From assembly GCA_963754985.1 (NCBI GenBank), contig CAVWIJ010000001.1, positions 17,217 through 81,216 on the forward strand: a DNA stretch of 64,000 bases, read 5' to 3'. Below, one piece after another: positions 1-9,098 of the stretch. Both the position numbers and the translations under genes were made by a program. Position 1 is the stretch's first letter. The number at the start of each line of letters is the position of its first letter. This DNA is from an uncultured Holophagae bacterium. Lineage in GTDB: Bacteria > Acidobacteriota > Thermoanaerobaculia > Thermoanaerobaculales > Sulfomarinibacteraceae. The notes under the pieces are model-generated. The model saw nothing but the letters and a program-made list of their open reading frames with translations. It made no database searches and was not told where the DNA came from.

Positions 1-1
1 C

Positions 2-196
2 CGCGCGTCCCTAATGGACAGCTCTGAGAGCACCGAGCAGTGGCAGCGCAAGCTGGAGGCCGCCGAGTCCGATTCGATGCGGATTCGCGAGGAGGCCCAG
101 CAGAAGATCAACCTGCTCAATGAGCGCATCCGGGAGCTCAATGTGAAGCTCCAGGAGGGCGGCGGCAAGGCAGCCTCGGGGTTCTTCAAGAGGTAG
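2..196 (+). CDS. 3' end of a coiled-coil protein whose start lies upstream of the window
   Basis: The frame is open from the window edge to TAG at 194-196. The sequence is charged and heptad-like (QWQRKLEAAESDSMRIREEAQQKINLLNERIRELNVKLQE). No family recognised. Confidence 0.3.
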   Translation, partial: RASLMDSSESTEQWQRKLEAAESDSMRIREEAQQKINLLNERIRELNVKLQEGGGKAASGFFKR

Positions 197-272
197 GGGA
201 GTCCTGCCAGCGGCTTTAGTATTCGGCACTTCGAAGCCAGGATGACTCGCGCTACCACGTTGAGCATCTGAT

Positions 273-440
273 CGTCTCCGTCTCCGTCCCGCTCCGTGCT
301 CCGTCTCCGTCTCCGTCTCCGTCTCCGCTCCGTCTCCGTCTCCGTCTCCGAATGGACGATCCTCACGGCAGTCCGTCACTCGGGCACGGAGACGGGCACG
401 GAAGCGGATGCGGGCGCGGACCCGGAAGCGGGCGGGGGCG
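273..440. repeat. Inverted hexanucleotide microsatellite: (CCGTCT)n arm facing a (CGGNNN)n arm
   Basis: Direct reading shows ccgtctccgtctccgtctccg... at 273-350 and cggagacgggcacggaagcggatgcgggcgcggacccggaagcgg at 383-440. The arms are largely complementary and sit upstream of mgtE. Confidence 0.8.
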
Positions 441-491
441 CTAACCCCTAACCCCTATCCCCTCTCTGATGTACACTGACCGGCCGGGGGC

Positions 492-1850
492 TTGATGGAG
501 GAGCAGACCAGCGAACGCGCGCTCGTCGACGAGGTGCACGCGCTGCTGCGCGAGGGCGAGGAGGACTCGCTCCGCATCTTCCTGCGTCTTGTTCGCCCGG
601 AGGACATCGCGGGCTGGCTGGACCTGCTCGATCTCGAGGACCGCCAGCGCATCCTCGCCGCCCTCGACCACGAGGCCGCCGGCACGGTGCTCGACGACAC
701 GACGGTGTCGATCCGCGCCGAGCTCGTAGAGGAGCTCGACCCGGAGCGCCTGGCGCGGATCGCCCAGACGATGCCGGCCGATGAGGCCGCTGACCTCATC
801 GGCGAGCTCGAGATGGCGGACTCGGAGCAGGTGCTGAAGCACATCGCCGGCGAGGACGCACGCGTCCTGCGCCGGCTGCTGCGCTACCCCGAGGACACCG
901 CCGGCGGCATCATGAACCCCGAGGTGGTGGCCCTCGAGCCCACCGCCACGGTCGACGACGCCATCGCCCACCTCCGTTCCATCGACCCCGACACCGTTAC
1001 CGCCTCGCTCTACGTCGTCGACGCGACGCGCCGCCTTCTCGGCTTCGTCAGGCTGCGCCGTCTGGTTACGGCTCACTCCTCGGCGCAGCTCGGCGACATC
1101 ATGAGCTCGGATGTCATCTCGGTGCGGGTCGACGCCGATCAGGAGGAGGTCGCCGACCTCGTCGACAAGTACGACTTCATGGCGATCCCCGTGGTCGACG
1201 ACGAGGGTCGCCTGCTCGGCGCCGTCACCGTGGACGACGTGCTCGACGTCATCGAGGAGGAGGCGACCGAGGACATCTACAAGATGGCCGGCTCCTCGGC
1301 GGAGGAGGAGGAGTCGGAGTCGATCCTCCACGTCGCGCGCTACCGCCTGCCGTGGTTGCTGATCTGTCTCGCCGGTACCCAGCTGTCGACCGCGGTGCTG
1401 CAGATCGCCAAGGGCCACGTCCAGCTCTACGAGCAGATGTCGGTCTTCACCGCATCCATCATGGCCATGGCCGGCAATACGTCGCTGCAATCCGCCACCA
1501 CAACGGTGCGCCGGCTGGCACTCGACACGCTGCCGCGCGGGCGGTTCCTGCGTCACGTGTCGCGGGAGCTCCTCGTCGCCTTCCTGATGGGAACGGTGTG
1601 CGGAGTGACCGCCGCGGGGCTCGCCGTTGCGTTCCGTCACGACCCCGCGATCGGCTTCGCCCTCGGGCTCGCCATGGCGATTGCGATGTCCACTGCGAGC
1701 CTGCTCGGCGCCGCGATGCCGCTGATGCTCGACCTCGTCAAGATTGACCCGGCCGTCGCCTCGGGTCCGCTGGTGTCGACGATCAACGACTCCCTCGCCC
1801 TCACCCTCTACTTCATCGTCGCGACCTCGCTGCTGCTCCTCATCGGATAG
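492..1850 (+). CDS. mgtE: Magnesium transporter MgtE
   Basis: 452-aa ORF with an acidic N-domain, a CBS pair region (MSSDVISVRVDADQEEVADLVDKYDFMAIPVVDDEGRLLGAVTVDDVLDVI), and a TM domain with MAMAGNTSLQS and the C-terminal STINDSLALTLYF. Confidence 0.9.
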   Translation: MMEEQTSERALVDEVHALLREGEEDSLRIFLRLVRPEDIAGWLDLLDLEDRQRILAALDHEAAGTVLDDTTVSIRAELVEELDPERLARIAQTMPADEAADLIGELEMADSEQVLKHIAGEDARVLRRLLRYPEDTAGGIMNPEVVALEPTATVDDAIAHLRSIDPDTVTASLYVVDATRRLLGFVRLRRLVTAHSSAQLGDIMSSDVISVRVDADQEEVADLVDKYDFMAIPVVDDEGRLLGAVTVDDVLDVIEEEATEDIYKMAGSSAEEEESESILHVARYRLPWLLICLAGTQLSTAVLQIAKGHVQLYEQMSVFTASIMAMAGNTSLQSATTTVRRLALDTLPRGRFLRHVSRELLVAFLMGTVCGVTAAGLAVAFRHDPAIGFALGLAMAIAMSTASLLGAAMPLMLDLVKIDPAVASGPLVSTINDSLALTLYFIVATSLLLLIG

Positions 1851-1859
1851 GACTCCTCG

Positions 1860-1878
1860 GGATGCGCTGCGCGCATCC
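1860..1878. terminator. GC hairpin between the convergent mgtE and yicC-like genes
   Basis: GGATGCGC-TGC-GCGCATCC has a perfect 8-bp stem and lies 10 nt after the mgtE stop. There is no clear U-tract, so function is uncertain. The same motif recurs at 12378-12396. Confidence 0.4.
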
Positions 1879-1943
1879 TGACGAGTTCGTGCCGCAGTGT
1901 GTTTGAAGCCCGAGGCCCGAAGCCCGAGGCGAGGCGGGCGGAG

Positions 1944-1991
1944 CTATCCGATCGCTATCCACAGCTATCCGCTATCCTCTATCCACTATCC
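1944..1991. repeat. Six CTATCC copies at 7-11 nt spacing
   Basis: CTATCC occurs at 1944, 1955, 1965, 1972, 1979 and 1986, in the convergent intergenic gap. Confidence 0.7.
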
Positions 1992-2000
1992 GCCCCACTG

Positions 2001-2897
2001 TCACTCGAGATTCTGCACCTGCTCGCGCAGCCGCTCGGTGGCGGTCTTGGCCTCGACCACCTGCTCCGCCAGCCCGACCTCCCGGCACTTCGATCCGAGG
2101 GTGTTGAGCTCGCGGTGGATCTCCTGGCACAGGAAGTCGAGCGTACGGCCGACCGAGCCTCCCTTGGCCAGCCGGTCGGCAAAGGCCGCGAGGTGCGAGC
2201 GCAGCCGGACCACCTCCTCGGAGACGTCGGCGCGATCGGCAAGGATGGCCGCCTCCTGAACCAGCCGCTCCGGATCGACCGCCACCTCGGAGCCGACGAG
2301 GCGCTCGAGGCGCTCCGTGAGGCGCTGCAGGAGGCGCTCCCGGATGTCGACGAGCCCCGGCTCGAGTCCGTCGAGGAATGCGGACAGCCGCCCGAGCTCG
2401 CCGTCGAGCTGGCCGCGCAGGCGGGCTCCCTCCTCGAGCCGCATGGCCAGGTACTGGCGGCTGGCCTCCCGCACGACGGACTCCAGGGCCTCGAGCTCGT
2501 CGGCCTCGAGCAGGGTCTCGGCTCCGGTCACCGTCACCAGCCCCGGCAGGGTCAGGACGTCGCGGAGCTCGACCGTCTGCGGCCCTCCCTGATCCTCTTC
2601 CAGCCGCCGCAGCTGGGCCAGGGCGCTGGTCACTGCCCGGCCGTCGACGACCACCGTGGTGGCGGCCGGCTGGGTCCGCTCGAGGGTGAGCTGGACGGTC
2701 ACGCGGCCGCGCTCGATGGACTCCGATACGACCGAACGAACCGCCGTCTCGAGCTCCGGGGTCTCCTCGCGGAGGTTCGTCCGAACCTGCACATCGAGGT
2801 AGCGGTGGTTGACCGATCGGATGACGACCGACGCCGCGAAGCGCGCGGAGAGTGCGCCGCGCGCGCGCCCAAACCCGGTCATGCTGGCCAGCGCCAT
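2001..2897 (-). CDS. yicC: YicC family stress-induced protein
   Basis: N-terminal MTGFGRARG, RSVNHRYLDV, and C-terminal GRTLDFLCQEIHRELNTLGSKC are typical YicC N- and C-terminal blocks. Confidence 0.85.
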   Translation of the reverse strand: MALASMTGFGRARGALSARFAASVVIRSVNHRYLDVQVRTNLREETPELETAVRSVVSESIERGRVTVQLTLERTQPAATTVVVDGRAVTSALAQLRRLEEDQGGPQTVELRDVLTLPGLVTVTGAETLLEADELEALESVVREASRQYLAMRLEEGARLRGQLDGELGRLSAFLDGLEPGLVDIRERLLQRLTERLERLVGSEVAVDPERLVQEAAILADRADVSEEVVRLRSHLAAFADRLAKGGSVGRTLDFLCQEIHRELNTLGSKCREVGLAEQVVEAKTATERLREQVQNLE

Positions 2898-2942
2898 GGT
2901 GTCCTCCTCGTGCTCAGGGTACCGCCCCCACCCGGCCAGGGG

Positions 2943-3599
2943 CTAGGGACCCCGCCCGCTTCCGCTTCCGCGCCCGCTTCCGGGTGCGTCGCCGAACCTC
3001 GGCGCCCGCCGCTCGAGAAAGGCCCTCGCCCCCTCCTCCGGGTCGCCGGCCGCGAACAGCAGCCGGAAGGTGGCGAGCTCGAGGGCGCGGCCGGCGCTGC
3101 CGCCGGCACGGCTGCGCATGAGGTCGCGGGCCGAGGTCAGCGCCGCGGTCGACGCAGGATCGGGCAGCGGCAAGGCCGCGGCGGCGGCCACGACCTGGTG
3201 GGCGAGACCGAGCCGCACGGCCTCCCCCGCCGGCACGCTCCCGCCGTCGAGGAGAGCCCGGGCAAGGGCACCGGAGCCGGCGCGCGTGAGCGCCCACAGC
3301 AGGCCGGCGGACGGTGGCCGCTCGACCCCGGGAAGAACCAGCGACGCCCCGTCGCGCACGAACACGAGGTCGCAGCAGAGGGCCACCTCGAGCCCAGCGC
3401 CGCCGAGCTCTCCGCCGATATCCGCCACCGTCACCGCGCGCGACCTGGTCCACGGCTCCAGGTCGGTCCAGGGAACAGCGCCGTCGGCAGGCACGTCCTG
3501 GAAGCGCGCGACCAGGATCCCCGGCGTCTTGGCCAAGACCGCCAACTCCCGCAGCTGATCCGCAGCGGTCCGGTCGAGCGTCCAGTGCAGCGTGCGCAC
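2943..3599 (-). CDS. Enoyl-CoA hydratase/isomerase (crotonase) family protein, start uncertain
   Basis: The sequence contains [60 protein letters not shown] and [14 protein letters not shown]. The ORF is open to 3722, but its upstream part lies in a repeat, and a GTG at 3599 is a plausible start. The C-terminal [12 protein letters not shown] is encoded by a hexamer repeat. Confidence 0.55.
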   Translation of the reverse strand: MRTLHWTLDRTAADQLRELAVLAKTPGILVARFQDVPADGAVPWTDLEPWTRSRAVTVADIGGELGGAGLEVALCCDLVFVRDGASLVLPGVERPPSAGLLWALTRAGSGALARALLDGGSVPAGEAVRLGLAHQVVAAAAALPLPDPASTAALTSARDLMRSRAGGSAGRALELATFRLLFAAGDPEEGARAFLERRAPRFGDAPGSGRGSGSGRGP

Positions 3600-3699
3600 C
3601 GGCTCAGTGTACGTGGGCTCGCAAAGCTCCGGTAGCCGTCGACGTTGGCGGAATCCCACGGCGCTCTGTCCCGACCTCGGCGGCGTGTCGCGCTGCGCC

Positions 3700-3860
3700 G
3701 CATTCCGCTTCCGCTTCCGCACCCGAGGAGCCTGCCCTGAGCGAGCGGCGCCTCAGCGCCGCGAGTCGAAGGGTGCCCGTGTCCGTCTCCGTGCCCGTAT
3801 GTCACGGCGACGTGTCACAGCGAGCCGGATCCGCTCCCGCGACCGCCACCGCGACGCGAG
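3700..3860. repeat. Composite intergenic element: (CCGCTT)n, GAGCGAGCGGCG..GCCGCGAGTCGAAGG hairpin core, (CCGTNT)n, TGTCAC motifs
   Basis: The same architecture is read at 9781-9960 and 19665-19757. The core stem is GCGGCGC-CTCA-GCGCCGC. Confidence 0.75.
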
Positions 3861-3894
3861 TTCACCCGGCAGTACAATCGCCCCGGAGGTCGCC

Positions 3895-4461
3895 ATGGAA
3901 TCGAGGGCTCTCGCAGCGTGCACGGTTTCCGGCTGCACGGTGTCCGCCGTGCTCGGCGATCTCACGGGTCAGCGGGTCGACGCCATCGTCAACGCCGCCA
4001 ACAGCGCGCTCGCCCACGGCGGCGGCCTCGCCGGCGCGATCGTCCGGCGTGGCGGCGCGGTCATCCAGGAGGAGTCGGATCGGCTCGCGCCGGTGCCGGT
4101 GGGGAGCGCCGCCACGACCGGCGCCGGCGCCCTGCCCAGCCGCTGGGTGATCCATGCCGTGGGCCCCCGCTGGGGCGAGGGCGACGAGGAGCTCAAGCTG
4201 CGGTCGGCGGTGCGCTCGAGCCTCGCCGAGGCCGCACGCCTCGCCGTACGCTCGCTGGCGCTGCCGGCGATCTCGACCGGGATCTTCGGCTACCCCAAGC
4301 CGGATGGCACCAGGGTCATCGTCGACGAGCTCTGCGGCTGGCTGACGGCACACCCCGAGACGCGGCTGCGCGAGGTCCGGCTCACCGCCTTCGACGAGGA
4401 GACGGCCGCTCTGTTCGCCGCCGCGCTCGCCTCCTGGGGTGGCGCGGCGGCGGGCGGCTGA
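3895..4461 (+). CDS. Macro domain protein (ADP-ribose / O-acetyl-ADP-ribose hydrolase type)
   Basis: Contains [27 protein letters not shown] and [17 protein letters not shown] at 3895 is in frame with the 3592..4461 ORF. Confidence 0.85.
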   Translation: MESRALAACTVSGCTVSAVLGDLTGQRVDAIVNAANSALAHGGGLAGAIVRRGGAVIQEESDRLAPVPVGSAATTGAGALPSRWVIHAVGPRWGEGDEELKLRSAVRSSLAEAARLAVRSLALPAISTGIFGYPKPDGTRVIVDELCGWLTAHPETRLREVRLTAFDEETAALFAAALASWGGAAAGG

Positions 4462-4560
4462 AGCGCGCCCCACCCTTCATCCCTCCGGCGGCCGTTCCGA
4501 GGGACCGGCCCGTCAAGAATCGTCAATCCTGACTCATAAGGCCATTCATCTTCATATACT

Positions 4561-4589
4561 TAGTCAACAGACTCCGGCTGTGCTAGAAT
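4561..4589 (+). promoter_or_regulatory. Candidate sigma70-type promoter of pepA
   Basis: TAGTCA, a 17-nt spacer, then TGcTAGAAT (extended -10), in a locally AT-rich stretch 39 nt upstream of ATG 4628. Confidence 0.4.
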
Positions 4590-4627
4590 CGCCGCCCGAA
4601 CCGTACGAGGGAGGGTCGACGAACCCC

Positions 4628-6120
4628 ATGGCTGACTTGTACCAATACCGAACGGCGCCCGAGGAGCCGCTGGACTGCGTCTACATCCTCATGAGCTCCG
4701 GCGGCGACCCCATTGGCCAGCTCGAGTTCTCGGCAAAGGACCGCAAGTCTCTCAAAGCGAAGGAGAAAGCCCTCGAGCCCCGGGGCGAGGAAGGGGAGCT
4801 GATCTCGGGTGAGTGCCCGCTTCCGTTCGCCCGCCGGATGACCTTCGTGGGCGTCGGCGACGAGAAGAACCTCAGCCACGCCAAGCTGCGGAAGGCACTC
4901 GCCAGGGTCATGCGCCAGGCCACCAAGAACCGCGAGTACCAGATCGGCCTCGGCGTTCCGGTCCGCGTGAGTCGGCCTGTCGGAGGCGGAGTCGCGCCTC
5001 TATCGCGCTGCGCGAGGCCTCGATGGCCGACTACACCTTCGACAACTTCAAGTCCAAGAAGAACGAGTTCGACAAGATCGACGGGCTTCACATCGTCCCG
5101 CTGGCGGGCGAAACCGAGGAGCAGCTCGAGGAGCGGCTCGACGCGGTGCGCCTGCTGCGGACCTCGGTCCAGATCGCCCGCGATCTCGCCAACCGGCCCG
5201 GCAACGACCTCACGCCCGAGACGCTGGCAGTGGCCGCCAAGGAGGTCGCCGACGGGGTTTCCGGCCTGCGGGTGACGGTGCTCGGCAAGCAGGCGCTGCA
5301 GAAGGAGAAGATGGGCGGCATTCTCGGCGTCGGCCAGGGCTCCGAGCAGGAGCCGCGGCTGATCGTCATCGAGCACCGGCCCAAGAAGCCCAAGCGGTCG
5401 ATCGTCCTGATCGGCAAGGGCATCACCTTCGACAGCGGCGGCATCTCCATCAAGCCCGCCCAGGGCATGGAGGCCATGAAGTTCGACATGGCGGGCGCCG
5501 CCACGGTGCTCGCCGTGATGCGGGCGGTGGCCGAGCTCGAGCTGCCGCTCAAGGTCGTGGGGCTCATGCCGACCGCCGAGAACCTCCCCTCCGGCAAGGC
5601 CCTGAAGCCCGGCGACATCCTGACCATGGCCAACGGCAAGACGGTCGAGGTGGACAACACCGACGCCGAGGGCCGCCTGCTGCTCGCCGACACCCTTTGC
5701 TACGCCGAGCGCTTCAACCCCGACGTCGTGATCGACTTTGCGACGCTTACCGGCGCCTGCGTAGTGGCTCTCGGGCACGAGGCCGCAGGGATCATGGGCA
5801 ACGACGATGCGCTCATCGCGACGCTGCGGGACATCGGCGAGCGGGTCGGTGAGCGGGTGTGGCCGCTGCCGCTCTACGACGAGTACCTGAGCTACCTCAA
5901 GAGCGACTGGGCGGACCTCAAGAACACGGGCAGCCGCTGGGGCGGGCCGGTCACCGCCGGGACCTTCCTCAAGCAGTTCGTCCCGGACAAGGTGGCCTGG
6001 GCGCACCTCGACATCGCCGGAGTCGCCTACGCCGAGAAGGAGCACAACGGCCACCCCAAGGGCGCGACCGGCTTCGGCGTCGTCCTGACGGTGACCTACC
6101 TCCAGCAGCTGCTGAAGTAG
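4628..6120 (+). CDS. pepA: Leucyl aminopeptidase, M17 family, interrupted by one frameshift near 4985-5005
   Basis: The N-domain is in the frame of ORF 4439..5275 (MADLYQYRT...NREYQIGLGVP). The catalytic domain is in ORF 4813..6120 with the NTDAEGRL signature (VDNTDAEGRLLLAD), GKGITFDSGG and MKFDMAGAA. Confidence 0.85.
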
Positions 6121-6192
6121 CGGCTGCGTCGAGAAACCGTCGACGGTACCGCGCCGCCCCCGGGGCGGCGCGTTCGCTTCGGGAGCCCACGC

Positions 6193-7341
6193 GTGGACCC
6201 CACCACCCCGCACCGCCCGCCGGCGATCTCCATCGGCCCGCTGGTGGTGTCGCCACCGGTCGTGCTGGCGCCCATGGCCGGGGTGACCAACTACCCTTTC
6301 CGGGCGCTGTGCCGGCGCTTCGGGGCGGCGCTCTACGTCTCCGAGATGGTCACAGCACGGGCGCTCGTCGAGGGAGCGCGGAAGGCGCACAAGCTCGCCG
6401 ACTTCGGGGCCGACGAGGCGCCCCGCAGCCTGCAGCTCTATGGCGTCGATCCCCACTACGTGGGTGAGGCCGTGAGCTGGCTCGTCGGCGAGGGCCGGGT
6501 CGACCACATCGACCTCAACTTCGGCTGCCCGGTGCGCAAGGTGACGCGGCGCGGCGGCGGCGCGGCGATCCCGGCCAAGCCCCGCCTGCTGCGCGGCATC
6601 ATCCGCGCAGCGGTGTCCAACGCCGGGACGGTGCCGGTCACCGTCAAGTTCCGGATCGGCATCGACGACCGCCTGACGACCTTCCGCGACACCGGCCGCA
6701 TCGCTGAGGAGGAAGGCTGCGCGGCAGTCTGCCTGCACGCGCGAACCGCGGCCCAGCTCTACGACGGGCAGGCGCGCTGGGAGGCGATCGCCGAGCTCAA
6801 GCAGCTGGTGACGACCATCCCGGTGCTCGGCAACGGCGACATCTGGCAGGCCGCGGACGCCCTGCGCATGATGCGCACCACCGGCTGCGACGGCGTCGTC
6901 ATCGGCCGCGGCTGCCTCGGCCGCCCGTGGCTGTTCCGCGACCTCGTCGACCTCTTTGCCGGCCGCCAGCCCCGCACTGGGCCGACCTTCGGCGAGGTGG
7001 TGGACGTCATGCTCGAGCACGCCAGGCGGCTCATCGACTGGTACCAGGCCGAGCGGGAGTCGATGCTCGCCTTCCGCAAGCACGCGGGGTGGTACACCCG
7101 GGGCTTCCGGAACACGGCGCCGCTGCGCGAGCGCCTGATGAAGGTCGAGACCCTGGCCGAGCTCGAGCTCGCGCTCGCCGGCATCGATCGGGACGAGCCC
7201 TACCCCGCGAAGGCCCACGAGATGCGGCGCGGCAAGCGGGCGGGGACCCAGAAGGTCGCGCTGCCACCCGGCTTCCTCGATGACCTCGACGACGCGACCC
7301 CGCCATGCGCGGAAGCCGAGGATCCGACATCCGGCGGCTGA
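6193..7341 (+). CDS. tRNA-dihydrouridine synthase
   Basis: Contains LAPMAGVTNYPFR, DLNFGCPVRKV, VTVKFRIG and VCLHARTAAQ. Confidence 0.85.
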   Translation: MDPTTPHRPPAISIGPLVVSPPVVLAPMAGVTNYPFRALCRRFGAALYVSEMVTARALVEGARKAHKLADFGADEAPRSLQLYGVDPHYVGEAVSWLVGEGRVDHIDLNFGCPVRKVTRRGGGAAIPAKPRLLRGIIRAAVSNAGTVPVTVKFRIGIDDRLTTFRDTGRIAEEEGCAAVCLHARTAAQLYDGQARWEAIAELKQLVTTIPVLGNGDIWQAADALRMMRTTGCDGVVIGRGCLGRPWLFRDLVDLFAGRQPRTGPTFGEVVDVMLEHARRLIDWYQAERESMLAFRKHAGWYTRGFRNTAPLRERLMKVETLAELELALAGIDRDEPYPAKAHEMRRGKRAGTQKVALPPGFLDDLDDATPPCAEAEDPTSGG

Positions 7342-7539
7342 CGCCGGCGTCGGCTGGCAGGCCGTGGCTGGCACTCGCCCACACCGGGTGGTAGCGAGGC
7401 GGCGGCCTTCTCAGCCGGATCCATGACCATGCCCGACCGCCATCTGCGGACCGTCGTCGTGCTCGAGCCGGAATCGTCCCGCTGGTGTTGTATTCTCTGC
7501 AGGTGGCAAAAATCAGATTCAACGCGTTTGGGGGGCGCT

Positions 7540-9093
7540 GTGAACGCCTGTTCAACAGCCGGTGTCCTGTGCGTAGCGTTCGCAGCCCTCCTCTTGCTGG
7601 TCTTCGTGCCATCTGCCGGCGCTCAGGCCAACCTCACGCCAACGCCCGGCCAGTCCGAGCCCGCGCCGACCCCCTCGCCCGTCCCAACCTCGTCCGCGGA
7701 GCCTGCGCCGTCCGACCCGACGCAAGCCCCCCAGAAAGTCGAGCCCGCACCAATTCCCTCGCCCGTCCCGACACCGGCCACCGGGTCTGAGGCGGCCGAT
7801 CAGCCCGCGCCCGAGAAACAACCGGAGGAGCGAGTGGACGCGGTCCCCGAGGCAGGGGAAGAGGCGTCGTCGGACCGAATCCAATACAAGGACCCCTTGG
7901 ACATCGACTACGAGCCCGTCAAGGACAAGTGGGATCGCTTCACGCACAGCCTGCTCGGCATCACCCGCTACTCGTTCTTCGACGACAAGCTCCGCTTCCG
8001 CCTCGGCTTCCGGTTCCAGGCCGACGGCACGCTGGCCACTCCGTCGGACCAGCTCGAGGTCGCTCTCGGCGGCATGCCGGACACCGCCAACTTCCGCCGG
8101 CTCAGGCTGTTCGGCGAGGGCATCTTGTGGAACATGTACTTTCGGACCGAGTTCGAGTTCGCGGAGGACGCCGGCTTCAAGAGCGCCTACCTCGAGGGCC
8201 GCGAGGGCGGGCTCGAAATCTGGGACGTCCTGCTCGGCAAGTTCCGCTACGGCTACTTCGACGAGCCATTCAGCCTCGAGCAGAGCGTGAGCAGCTTCGA
8301 CACCACCTTCGTCGAGGTCTCGCTGCCGACCCACGCCATCGCCCCCGGCACCAACCTCGGCGCCATGGTCTACGACGCCTCGAAGAGCCGCCGGTTCACG
8401 TGGGCCGTCGGCGCCTTCTCCTGGGGACGCGAGAACGAGGACAACGCCTCGACCTCGACGCTGTCGGTCACCGGCAGGCTCGGCTTCCGGCCGGTCCGCT
8501 ACAACGACGGCCACACGATGCTCCATCTCGGTGCGTCGTTCAGCCTGCGCAGCCCCGACGGCGACGAGGAGCGCTACCGGGCTCGCCCCGAGGCGCGCTT
8601 CGTCCCCTACTTCGCCGACACCGGCGACATCCCGGCGACCGGAAACACGCTCACCGGCCTGGAGGCTGCCTGGAAAAGCGGCAGCTGGTGGGCTCAAGGC
8701 GAGTGGATCCAGTCCAAGCTGGAGTCGGTCGAGGCGGGTGATCCCAGGTTCTATGGGATCGCGCTCCAGACCGGGTTCTTTCTGACCGGCCAGTCGCGGC
8801 CGTGGGACGACCTGTTCGGAGTCTGGGGCCGGTTGCGGCCGGAGCAGCGCTATCGTCGCGGCAACCCCTTCCGAAAATCGAACGGCGGGGCCTGGGAGGT
8901 CGCGGCGCGCTACTCGACCGTCGATCTGACCGATGGCACCGTGACGGGCGGCGTGGTCCGCGACCTCACGGCCGGGGTCAACTGGTACCCCAACCGCACC
9001 TCGAAGCTCCAGCTGAACTGGATTCGCTCGAAGGTGGAGGACGTCGGCAGCGCCAGCATCTGGGTCCTGCGCTACCAGTTCGCAATCCAGTAG
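7540..9093 (+). CDS. Phosphate-selective porin O/P family outer-membrane porin with a Pro/Thr/Ser/Glu-rich N-terminal linker
   Basis: GTG at 7540 gives the signal peptide VNACSTAGVLCVAFAALLLLVFVPSAGAQA. FRRLRLFGEG and GKFRYGYFDEPFSLE blocks are present, and the C-terminus is YQFAIQ. Confidence 0.7.
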   Translation: MNACSTAGVLCVAFAALLLLVFVPSAGAQANLTPTPGQSEPAPTPSPVPTSSAEPAPSDPTQAPQKVEPAPIPSPVPTPATGSEAADQPAPEKQPEERVDAVPEAGEEASSDRIQYKDPLDIDYEPVKDKWDRFTHSLLGITRYSFFDDKLRFRLGFRFQADGTLATPSDQLEVALGGMPDTANFRRLRLFGEGILWNMYFRTEFEFAEDAGFKSAYLEGREGGLEIWDVLLGKFRYGYFDEPFSLEQSVSSFDTTFVEVSLPTHAIAPGTNLGAMVYDASKSRRFTWAVGAFSWGRENEDNASTSTLSVTGRLGFRPVRYNDGHTMLHLGASFSLRSPDGDEERYRARPEARFVPYFADTGDIPATGNTLTGLEAAWKSGSWWAQGEWIQSKLESVEAGDPRFYGIALQTGFFLTGQSRPWDDLFGVWGRLRPEQRYRRGNPFRKSNGGAWEVAARYSTVDLTDGTVTGGVVRDLTAGVNWYPNRTSKLQLNWIRSKVEDVGSASIWVLRYQFAIQ

Positions 9094-9098
9094 GTGAC

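Noticed and set aside
273-350. The GAG/GGA-periodic hexamer tracts as binding arrays for TRAP-like or CsrA-like proteins
   Set aside because: The hexamer sequence differs between loci (CGGAGA, CGGGAA, CGGAAG), so no constant triplet is maintained. No such regulator gene is in the window. This is pure speculation.
200-491. An Mg2+ (M-box) riboswitch upstream of mgtE
   Set aside because: The leader consists of hexamer microsatellite arms and TAACCCC repeats. I cannot recognise the conserved M-box helices, and without a covariance-model search I will not call it.
4681-7374. Very long antisense or off-frame ORFs, for example 4681..7374(-) at 897 aa, 14556..17675(-) at 1039 aa, 57205..59901(-) at 898 aa, 1899..3635(+), 441..1640(-) and 7552..9186(-)
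   Set aside because: They lie opposite to or out of frame with genes that carry clear family motifs. Their translations are Arg/Ala/Gly/Pro-rich low-complexity strings, typical of shadow ORFs in ~70% GC DNA.
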